Part shown: in pieces, positions 51,793-61,016 of the stretch
Layout: each line of letters starts with the position of its first letter
Numbering within the stretch: the stretch's first letter is position 1
Assembly: GCA_951406725.2 (NCBI GenBank)
Contig: OX597823.1
Location: forward strand, 84,196,001-84,260,000
DNA: 64,000 bases
Direction: 5' to 3'
Origin: Octopus vulgaris
Taxonomy: Eukaryota
Position numbers and translations under genes: made by a program
Notes under the pieces: model-generated
What the model saw: the letters and a program-made list of their open reading frames with translations, nothing else
What the model was told of the DNA's origin: nothing
The model's database searches: none

Positions 51793-53123
51793 AGAAACTG
51801 AAAGAAGCCTTTCTGGATAGATGTGTGTGTGTGTCTTTGTGTGGTTGGTAAGTAAGCTACTTACCACACAGCTACTCCAGTGCCTATATTTAGGAAATTT
51901 TCAAATGTAAACAAACAACTATGAATGACACACAGTTCATGTGATTAGAAATTTAACGTTTAAATTTTAGCTAGTATTGAACGTTAAAATGCTACTAAAG
52001 CATCAAATTTATTTGAAAAAAAATATGTATTATATTTATATAGGTTTATGTGAAGAAGGTAGAAAGACAGATGTAGCTTATTGTGAGTGGTGTAATATAC
52101 AAAAATTATATTGGGAAATGTAAATGAAGATTGATGAATAACATTGGTGTTATTTTGGAATTAAATTAGTTAGGATATAATTTCCGGTGTTTGAAGCAAA
52201 AATATTTTGTATTTAAAATATAAGGTGCAGAAAAACTATATAATACTCACTTACAAAATGTTGCTAAATGCTAGAGAAATTGAAAACGGTTACAAGATAA
52301 ATTCCTTAGGATTGTTTCTAACAATCCCTTACACTAATATTGTTTCCTCAAATTCTGTGTATATATATATATATATATATATACTAGCATTAAAGACCTG
52401 GCGTTGCCGGGTCATAGTGCTAGTGCATGTATATACGTGTATATATATGTGTACATATTACATGTACATCTATATATATACATCTACACATAAAATACAA
52501 AATACAAAGTTATATCTTGATATCACTAGTGATAACAATACTCAAAATATATAACAGACTGCAATTGTTAGCCCGTCTCTTGTAATTTCGATCAATTGTA
52601 TCTTGTCCTCCCTCTTGTATAGAAGTGTGGCTACAATGCAGCCTACCTCTACTTCTGGGGGAAAGGGGGGGGGCATTTAAAATTTTTTTCCGGACGTCCT
52701 ACGTCCCAGATATAAAGGTAAGAATAAAATATTTCCACTTTGCAAGTTCGAGTCGAGTACTCCCTTGCACGCTCCATTGACTCGAACCTTGCTTCTATTG
52801 TGGCAAATTTACCGCCTCTGATTAGATACCTTTCATAGTCCCACCAAGACACTTTTCGAAGGTGCTTTCCTCCATATTGTTTTATTATTACCCACAAGGG
52901 GCGAACACAGATGGGACAATACATTCTGATGATGGGGTCAGACAAACGAATGGGTTTTTACAATAAATCGGGTTTAAAAATTTTCATGAATAACAATAAA
53001 TGGACAAAAATCGAGTGATAGGACAGACCGGAAGACATTACGGGTGGAGTGGGTGCGGGTTTAGCTCGGACCCCACGAGCCCCGCCTCCCCACTGATACT
53101 TTTGGTTGCACTTGGTATTACAT

Positions 53124-56100
53124 TTATGTTGTAACTTTCATTCGCAACTTCCGTGCTACATCCTTCCATCGTTCTTCATACGCTCTCCTAGTCAGGCATA
53201 TTCTCTCCAGCCCTATCTTCCTTTTCAGGTGAAAGATGAAATAATTCATCAAACCAGGGCCGGAGATGAACTTGCCTGACTGTAAACCTTTCATTCTCGT
53301 CTTCCATATCACCTCTTTCGCGATTGCTACTACAACGAGAAAACGAAACTTACCTTCATTCACGAGGAAATCCGGTGGGTCAATTTTTGTAATCGACTCA
53401 GTCGACAGCTGTACTCTTCGTGTACCTGACAACAGGTGTTCGGCATAAACCCACACCTCAGACACGTCCGGACAATGAACAATCGCGTGCGGGACGGTTT
53501 CCCTATCCCGCCCGCATCTTGGACATATCGGACTGTCTTGGCCACCGTGCCTTGCGAGTTTATCCCGAACAGGTAGAGCTCCTCTGTAGCATTGCCATGC
53601 CAGAGACTTCTGGAAGTTGTCCAGTGTCCTTGGCTCGAACGTACGTCGGAACAGACTGGCCAGCTGATTATCGTCGAGACCTAGGGTTTCCCCCAAGGTA
53701 TCTTCACATTCCGCCTCTACCAACCCTCTATAGAAGAAAGTGGTGGAACCCCCACCGCAGGCGTTGCCCGAGCGACGGAATAGCAGGAGAGCCTTGCGAC
53801 ACTCCGTGTACCAAGTACCAAGTTTCGATCTACGATTCAGCCAGGTTTCCCATCCACCGAAACTAGTGAACTTGGGAAACATCAGTTTTGCTAGCGAAGA
53901 CCACACCCGTTCACCATCCAGGTAGAGCCACAGATGTCTTAACCTCAGCGCATGTCTGCGCATCATCAGCCAAGGCATCCCTAGCCCACCCTTTAACGGT
54001 TGTTGACAGCAAGTAGAGCGTTTCACAAGTGGTTTCCCGCCCTTCCACAAGAAGTAGAAGAGCTGTCTTTCCAACTTGATCAACCACGAATCAGGGCAAG
54101 GAACGACGGAAAGGCGGTAGGTGATAACCGATGCGATAAACACATTGGCCACCTCCGCCCTCCCTTTCAGGGATAGCCACCGCCAAGACCAGGTCTTGGC
54201 TACTGCAGCCACCTTGCTCGTTACCTCGCCCCAATTCTTCTCTATTTGGAGGTCTGGACCGAACCAGACCCCTAGCAGTTTAATCGGACCCTCCGTCCAA
54301 CGTCCCACGACGCTGTCAGGAGGCATCGACTTGCCTCTCCAGGTGCCGAGTTGCAAGCCGACTGACTTTTCGCGATTAACTTTTGCTCCTGTCACCGTCT
54401 CGTACACCTCTATGGCCTTGCCTACTTTACATAGGTGGTCCATTTCGGTTACGATGATGGTGATGTCATCCGCGTACGCTGACACTGATTTTCCATTACC
54501 TGGCTGTCTCGGGATGCCGCTCAGTTTTCGCAGTAATGGCTCAAGAGCCATCACGTACAAAAGCGGGGAGAGCGGACACCCTTGACGAACCGAGCGTTTG
54601 ATTTTGAACGGCTTCGACAAGAAGCCGTTCACCCGAACTACCGAGTCGATGTTATCATAAATTTCGATAATCCACCTGAGGAATCCAAGGCTCAGCCCGA
54701 ACTGTGCCAGGGCAGATACCAGGTAACGATGGTCGACCCTATCAAAAGCTTTAGATTGGTCTAAATGGACCAGTGCCCCACCCTTGCCAGAATCACTATT
54801 AAACCCCTCTATAGTGTACCGCATTAGATGGAGATTATCCTGAATGGATCTGCCCGGAACGGCACATGTCTGTGCCCCTCCGATCAGACCATCCGCGACA
54901 CGCGCCAATCTTTTCGATAACACTTTGGCCAAAATCTTCAACTCTGTGTTTAGCAGAGTGATGGGCCTGAAATTATCAATGCACTCCCCCTTGCTCGGGT
55001 CCTTTCTGACGAGAGTCACTACTCCCCGGCGCACAGATCTGGGTATAAGCCCGTTCTGCTGCCAGTTCGCGTAGACCTCCGCCAGTAGGTGCCCGAACAA
55101 GTCTGGCATACTCTTATATAACTCATAGGGTAGACCATCCAAACCCGGCGCCTTGCCCGCGCCGCAGTCCGCCATTGCCTCAACCACCTCCTCAGGCGTG
55201 ATTGGCCCTTCACAGCCCTCCGCATCTCGCCCCGATAAGCGCGGCAGACCGTCGAGTAGGTCCGTAAAGGCCCTCCTCCTATCCAGTCCGCCGCACTCAC
55301 CGAAAAGCTGAGCGAAGTGCTCCTGAAAGGCCTCACACATCTCCTCGGGTTCGTTTATCAACTCACCTTGTTGGTTCGTCAAAGATCGAATCGTGGCATC
55401 GTTACCATGCTGAGCTTCCACCACTCGGGCCCATCTCACGGCGTTGATTCCTTCACATCCCATATGACGGATTCTAGCCCTGACAATGCAGCCCATGTGT
55501 TTGGCCTCGAGGTGCTGGTTTAACACCAGTCTCTTGGCCGCCACCTGAGCCGCAGAGCCAGTTTTCATGGCTTCCTCTAATTCCTTAACTAGAGTAGTTT
55601 CCCTTCTAGCCTCTCTAGCCACTACTCCTATGCTATATCTAATAGACTCAAACTTGATGGCTCGTTTGAGGGCGTACCACCATTTGTTATTAATGATGGT
55701 ACCAGATAGTGCCCTCTGAATTATATTCCTAATCCGGTCTTTGTACTCCTTAATCGCCAAAAGGGACGTATTAAGTTTCCAGTAACCGGATCCTCTATTT
55801 TTAACCTTATCTATGTCAAGCTTACAAGTGACCATTTTATGATCACTGTAGCTGATCGGGTAAAACTGTGGACACTTAGCTATTTTACTGTCTACTTTTC
55901 TAATTAGTATTCTATCTAGATACGACCTGGAAGATCCGTCGCTGTTTGACCATGTCCACAATGGAGCGTTCGGAAATTCCAGCCTATAAGGATCTGCTAG
56001 CTCAAAGCGGCTTAGCAGTTCCATGAAGCCACTGTTGCCTTTTCTATCTGGACACGAGCCAACATAATCTACATCCGCTTTGCAAATTGTGTTAAAGTCT

Positions 56101-56519
56101 CCTAGCACCACTAATGAATGCGAAGTACCAAGAAAGTTTTCTAGTTCACGAAAATAATCACTTTGCCCTGTATGGTTGGGTGCGTAAATTGCAACCAGTC
56201 TGATAACTTTACCATTACTGAACGTCAAATCCATGACGACCAGCCTACCTTCTGGATCTGCAAAAATTAACTTTTTCTCAGAAACCCGGTTTCTTTTTAA
56301 TAGGACCAACACCCCACTCCCGCCTGTAGGACTGCCAGGAGAGAAAAAACTCTCGTAGCCGTCAAACAGCGGGAGTAGACCTCTTGGCCCCTCTAGCCGG
56401 GTTTCTGTAGCAACAATAACATCTAAATTACGCGACCTGATATCATGCAGGAAGCGACCTTGCTTCCAGCCTGCTCCCAGGCCGCGCACATTTAAACAAC
56501 CAACATAAATGTAATCCAT
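53124..56519 (-). CDS. Tx1-type ORF2 polyprotein (AP endonuclease, reverse transcriptase, C-terminal CCHC zinc finger), 1131 aa, uninterrupted
   Basis: APE motifs LNVRGL, ATET, IYAPN, GDFN, YLDRI, SDH. Tx1/L1-typical GYWKLNTSLL. RT motifs KAPGLDGL, FRPITLLNTELKIL, LDQSKAFDRVDH, RQGCPLSPLLY, YADD. Finger CPRC-x8-H-x4-C. Confidence 0.95.
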   Translation of the reverse strand: MDYIYVGCLNVRGLGAGWKQGRFLHDIRSRNLDVIVATETRLEGPRGLLPLFDGYESFFSPGSPTGGSGVLVLLKRNRVSEKKLIFADPEGRLVVMDLTFSNGKVIRLVAIYAPNHTGQSDYFRELENFLGTSHSLVVLGDFNTICKADVDYVGSCPDRKGNSGFMELLSRFELADPYRLEFPNAPLWTWSNSDGSSRSYLDRILIRKVDSKIAKCPQFYPISYSDHKMVTCKLDIDKVKNRGSGYWKLNTSLLAIKEYKDRIRNIIQRALSGTIINNKWWYALKRAIKFESIRYSIGVVAREARRETTLVKELEEAMKTGSAAQVAAKRLVLNQHLEAKHMGCIVRARIRHMGCEGINAVRWARVVEAQHGNDATIRSLTNQQGELINEPEEMCEAFQEHFAQLFGECGGLDRRRAFTDLLDGLPRLSGRDAEGCEGPITPEEVVEAMADCGAGKAPGLDGLPYELYKSMPDLFGHLLAEVYANWQQNGLIPRSVRRGVVTLVRKDPSKGECIDNFRPITLLNTELKILAKVLSKRLARVADGLIGGAQTCAVPGRSIQDNLHLMRYTIEGFNSDSGKGGALVHLDQSKAFDRVDHRYLVSALAQFGLSLGFLRWIIEIYDNIDSVVRVNGFLSKPFKIKRSVRQGCPLSPLLYVMALEPLLRKLSGIPRQPGNGKSVSAYADDITIIVTEMDHLCKVGKAIEVYETVTGAKVNREKSVGLQLGTWRGKSMPPDSVVGRWTEGPIKLLGVWFGPDLQIEKNWGEVTSKVAAVAKTWSWRWLSLKGRAEVANVFIASVITYRLSVVPCPDSWLIKLERQLFYFLWKGGKPLVKRSTCCQQPLKGGLGMPWLMMRRHALRLRHLWLYLDGERVWSSLAKLMFPKFTSFGGWETWLNRRSKLGTWYTECRKALLLFRRSGNACGGGSTTFFYRGLVEAECEDTLGETLGLDDNQLASLFRRTFEPRTLDNFQKSLAWQCYRGALPVRDKLARHGGQDSPICPRCGRDRETVPHAIVHCPDVSEVWVYAEHLLSGTRRVQLSTESITKIDPPDFLVNEGKFRFLVVVAIAKEVIWKTRMKGLQSGKFISGPGLMNYFIFHLKRKIGLERICLTRRAYEERWKDVARKLRMKVTT

Positions 56520-56528
56520 TACTTACCT

Positions 56529-57906
56529 TTATATCAGTGGTTCGGTTTTTTCTTCTTCTTCCTTCTCTTTTTCTGGGCCTCGTGGGGGAGTCTGACGTAG
56601 GCCCTCGAATATATGTGGAGATGTTACATCCAACCTAAGTGGGCCCACGTCATGGAAGAAATCTGACTTTATCCGCCCGTAATCCTTCCGGTCTATTTTG
56701 TAAATTGCAAAGTCATTTTTTTTCTCTACTCTCTTCACATTGGCCATGGCTGCCAACACGTTTCCGAGTCTGCTATTTGATGCTTTTACGGCCATATATG
56801 AGTTTATTGACTCTTTTTTCTTTTTAAAATTACTCTGGGAGGGGTGGTTTCCGTTTTTCTTTTTTTTTTTCCGATAATTTTTGCCCACCCCTCCTCATTT
56901 ATCTTTTCCTCGCTCTTTTTTTCCTCCGCCGCTGGTTCTGCTGTTACCATCACCTCCACACCTTCAGTCTTCCCTTCTGGGCCGTCTGACGCTGCTTCTG
57001 GTGACACATTGTCTTCTTTTCCTTTTGGCTTAGGTGCTTCCTGCGGTTTGGGTTGGGGCTGGCATTCCGCCCTTACATGCCCCTTCTTACCGCAGCCGAA
57101 GCACCTCGGCTTTCTGCCCTCTACGAAGACTGTGACTCTTTCATCTTCGCTTATCCTAAGAGTCTCTGGGATCTCTTCCAGGGTTTGTACTTCTGCTTGT
57201 ATGGCTATTATTATCTTTTGCCCTTTCCAGAATTCTTCTTCTTCTACGGTGGCCTGGAGGATGTTTATTTTTTCCTCCAGGCCTACCATAACTGCTGCCA
57301 CTAGGACTTCGGCATCCGCTTCTGGCGGGATGTTGTTCATAGTGATTTTGGAAGTTCTCTTGCCTTTATACAGGGGTAGGAGAACAATATCCTCCGTTTT
57401 TATGGGTTCCATGGATAGCTTCTTCGCTACCTCCTCTGACGTGAATCTCACCTCCACTGTGCCGTATTTCTTCCCTCGATTGATATACGTAATTTTGTCC
57501 ATTATTGGTTTTAAGCAGTTTTCAATCTTTTTCTCCTCTATTTTTTGGATTGCTCTGTTTGTTATACTGAATGTCTTATAGATTATTCTCCTATTCGAAA
57601 TATCCTCCTGTATTTTGGCGTTTGAAGCCACGGTTACTTCTGTGCCCTCTTTTGACACACAGTCTGCATGTTTTCCCAGGTTGTCCACGTTAATTTTTTT
57701 AATTTTCTTCCCAGCCACTTCAGCGAATTTTTTTGCTGGAGTTGATGCTGGTACTGGTTTTACCATTTTCTTGGGCGACGCCGCCTCTTTTTCTTCGGCG
57801 ACAGCGCCTCTTTTTTTCTTGGCGACAACGCCTCTTTTTTTCTTGGCGACAACGCCGGGTATTCCTCCTCGCTCGTCACGGGTGAATAAGTGATGGGGGA
57901 CTCCAT
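56529..57906 (-). CDS. Tx1-type ORF1 (gag-like nucleic-acid-binding protein), split by two single-base frameshifts in A runs
   Basis: Zinc knuckle CFGCGKKGHVRAEC in ORF 56804..57928. The ATG at 57906 (MESPITYSP...) and the overlapping ORF 56529..56888 each join by a -1 shift, giving ~459 aa that ends 9 nt before the ORF2 ATG. Confidence 0.8.
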
Positions 57907-58699
57907 TTTGAACAAATGGCTTTAACAAGCCTTTGGTAATCTAAATTGATTGTAGTTTTCCCCCACTGAGGGGGGAACACCAACGCGAAGTCTTCGCGCG
58001 AAGGTTGACTTCGTCCGTTAGACAACAATGGACAAAAAAAGGTAGCCCAACAGTATATAATAACAGAGATAAGTAGTATGAGAGCAAAAATATATATCAA
58101 CTTACTAATAACGCAATAAATTGATTTCCGCCATGTGTTCAAATCTTCTTTTTTCTCTACATTTTATACTTTATAGACAATAGTCTTTTCTTTAATTTAA
58201 TTTTCTATTATTCATCTGGACTATTCCATTTCTGCATGCTAATTTTATTTTTAATTTATTCCCATTCATGTGAAACCACTTATTCAAGTTCAAATCATTG
58301 ATGCAATTTTATACCAATTGCTATTTTTACTTTTGTTATGTTACGATTATATTATACTTTAGTTTGATTTTAATTATTACTTACTACATATAATTCAATT
58401 GTTATTATTATTTTTATTGTTAAAGTGAAAGTATCTGACATAAAATAGAGAAACGTTTTTGTTTCACTTTTAACACATAATACTGAAATATTGGAGAAGA
58501 TATGATATTACTATGGACTCGCTCTAGGCAAGAAGTTGAACATTTTTTGCCCATGAAACTACATGGACCCTAAGTAAGGCTTGTGTAAAATTTGAATGGA
58601 ATTGGTTGTGTAGTTCTCAAGTTTTAGGGAAACACACAGACAGACAGACAGACACAGACACACATTCTCAGTTTTATATATATAAAGATATATATATAT

Positions 58700-59124
58700 A
58701 TATAGACACACACATATAGGAGAGGAAAAAATAAGACATAAGGCTAAATTGAAAGTAAATTAGTAAAAATGGGTGTATGAAAAATTAAAAAAGAAAAAAA
58801 AATCAAACAGCTTTCATTGCAAGGTAAATTTTCAAGATTTGGAGGGGGAAATTTTTTTTTAAAATTGAGGAAGGGGAAAATAGAAATTCACAATGTTTTT
58901 TTTTCAAAAAAATAATAATACATATATAGAAAAATTAATAAATAAGTATACCAATACATTGTAGAGTCTTTATGCTTTTGGAGTTCAATATTAGTCCATG
59001 GAAAAACTTCTTTGGAAAAACTTAAAGAGAATAACAAGCCTCATAATGCAAAATTTTTACTTTTCAAAAATTCCAATTCTAAAGGGTTGAAACAAACCCA
59101 AGCAACACTGGGCAATACTGCTAG
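58700..59124 (+). mobile_element. Helitron fragment with recognisable 3' terminus
   Basis: CAAACCCAAGCAACACTGGGCAATACTGCTAG|T at 59093-59125 closely matches the 3' end of the 3139-3534 element. 5' end not identified. Confidence 0.55.
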
Positions 59125-59199
59125 TATATATAGTTCATTGCTAAACCTCGCTAAGATAAATATTTCAATTACCTGAAAATTGGCCATGAAACAATTGTA

Positions 59200-59455
59200 G
59201 GCTTATGTTTTTCATTGTTTGATTTGCCTAATAGTGGTTTTATCTCTAATTTAATATAATATATATATATATGAAGAATAAAAAGTTTTGAATGGTACAA
59301 CAATGCACTATAATACACCTGTTGTAATTTAGTAATATTTCGGAATAAAATTCCTTCTTCAGATATTCTTAGATGGAGTCGCTGCAATAATAGCATTCAA
59401 AACTTTTTATTCTTTACAAACAATACAAAATGCTTCCAGCGAACTACAATACTCT
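59200..59455 (-). mobile_element. Penelope-like LTR fragment with minimal hammerhead core
   Basis: CTGAAGA-A-GGAA(TTTTA)TTCC-GAAATATT at 59362-59333. Motif TTAGAGATAAAACCACTATTA also at ~5248-5269(-) and 5586-5607(+). Confidence 0.5.
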
Positions 59456-59506
<51 letters not shown>

Positions 59507-59824
59507 TGAGAGAGGCTGTAATGAAGATAAACATAAGCTTAACTTTGTTTATGTGTGTTACTATTCCCATATCAGTTCAATTCCTGATAGCGCAAGCCTT
59601 GTCCTGGACTGAGAATTTTGAGTTTATGTTCAAATCCTTTTGAGCAGCACTATGTGTTTACTGTACCCAGTTCCTGCCTATTGTCTGTATGACAATAGGA
59701 CTGTTGCATGTATGAATGTATGTATGTGTATGTATATATATATATATATATATATATCCACACACATATACACACACACACACACACATGCATATATGTG
59801 GATCTGTTTGCGTGTATGTATGTA

Positions 59825-60260
59825 TTAAGTCGGTGCCAAAATAATTGCATTTCTTATTTATTATTTTAAACTTTGGTCCTTTTTTGTTTTTGTGTGTGGG
59901 ATGGAAATATTCATGTAATACTACTGCTTTGAAGAACAAATCTCAGTCTGTTGATTTATGGTAATAGCGGCACTTTCATTGTTTATTTTGGTTTATTTTC
60001 GGTTGTCAATTTTTAGATGGTGGTGGAAAGAAAACAGATTTCAGCAATATATTTGAAGAGTTTAAAATGGAATGATAATCAGAGAAAACTGCTTGCAATA
60101 TTAAGCAAGTGGAGTGTCAGCATTTGTACAGCTAAATGCTGGTTCCAAAACTTATTATGCAGTTGTAACGAGACCCTTAAATGATACAGAAACTTCATGG
60201 ATGACCCATCAGCAAGCAGTTGAGGGCCATTATTGTGATTGAATCCATACAAAATAAGTT
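59825..60260 (+). mobile_element. Decayed mariner element (left TIR + transposase N-terminal HTH remnant)
   Basis: TA|TTAAGTCGGTGCCAAAATAATTGC resembles Hsmar1-type TIR. Broken frames give IFEEFKM, EKTACNIKQV, TAKCWFQN, QLRAII. Confidence 0.7.
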
Positions 60261-60602
60261 GGATTTTTTTCTCTTTTAATTTTTGTGTTTTTCAGTCATT
60301 AGCCTGCAGCCATGCTGAGGTACCATCTTGAAAGAATAAACACACATAAACATACCAATACTGGTTACCAAGCAGTGGTAGTGGACAAAGAGACATGCAC
60401 ACACACACACACAATAAGCTTCTTTCAGTTTCTGCCTGCAAAAACCACACACAAGGTTTTTGGTCAGCTCAAGGCTATAATAGAAGACACTTGCCCAAAG
60501 TGCTACACATTGGGACTGAACCCAGGACCATGCGTTTGAAAAGAAAGCTTCTTACCATGTAGCCATGCCTGTGCCTATGTATATATATATATATGTATAT
60601 AT

Positions 60603-61016
60603 AGGCGCAGGAGTGGCTGTGTGGTAAGTAGTTTGTTTACCAACCATATGGTTCCGGGTTCAGTCCTACTGCGTGGCACCTTGGGCAAGTGTCTTCTGCT
60701 ATAGCCCTGGGCCGACCAATGCCTTGTGAGTGGATTTGGTAGACGGAAACTGAAAGAAGCCTGTCGTATATATGTATATATATATGTATATGTATGTGTG
60801 TGTTTGTGTGTCTGTGTTTGTCCTCCTAGCATTGCTTGACAACCGATGCTGGTGTGTTTACGTCCCTGTAACTTAGCGGTTCGGCAAAAGAGACCGATAG
60901 AATAAGTACTGGGCTTACAAAGAATAAGTCTCGGGGTCGATTTGCTCGACTATAGGCGGTGCTCCAGCATGGCCGTAGTCAAATGACTGAAACAAGTAAA
61001 AGAGTAAAAGAGAGAG
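60603..61016 (+). mobile_element. SINE family A (tRNA head, CORE-like CCTTGGGCAAGT segment, internal microsatellite, ...GACTGAAACAAGTAAAAGA tail), best-preserved copy
   Basis: A box TGGCTGTGTGG, B-box-like GGTTCAGTCC. More than 15 copies in the window, e.g. 1579-1956(+), 2430-2665(-), 2782-3052(+), 15940-16322(-), 20948-21350(+), 30030-30720(-), 47635-48060(-), 60290-60577(-). Resembles octopus OR-type CORE-SINEs (from memory). Confidence 0.9.

Larger units (their letters stand above)
52878..58130 (-). mobile_element. Near full-length Tx1-clade (L1 group) non-LTR retrotransposon
   Basis: Two-ORF layout (CCHC ORF1, APE-RT-CCHC ORF2), higher GC than flanks, 3' UTR ending CCCCTTGTGGGTAATAATAAAAC. 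The 5' boundary is uncertain (58030-58140). Confidence 0.9.
52384..58688 (-). mobile_element. Non-autonomous Helitron (~1.1 kb of own sequence) enclosing the Tx1 element
   Basis: Minus-strand 5' end A|TCTTTATATATATAAAA followed by (GTCT)n at 58688. 3' end hairpin GACCCGGCAACGCCAGGTC (52395-52413) then CTAG|T at 52384. Pairing the two ends is an inference. Confidence 0.65.

Noticed and set aside
57788-57841. Programmed -1 frameshifting at A AAA AAA heptamers in ORF1
   Set aside because: A single-A deletion in the third 24-nt repeat unit explains the frame break more simply. Not excluded without sibling copies.
53266-57893. Plus-strand and alternate-frame ORFs overlapping the Tx1 ORFs
   Set aside because: Shadow ORFs of GC-richer coding sequence with no recognisable motifs.
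58122-58139. Possible Tx1 TSD: TGATTTCCGCCATGTGTT versus TGCTTTCCTCCATATTGTT at 52863-52881
   Set aside because: Three substitutions plus a gap is too diverged for an element with an intact ORF2. Kept only as a hint for the 5' boundary.
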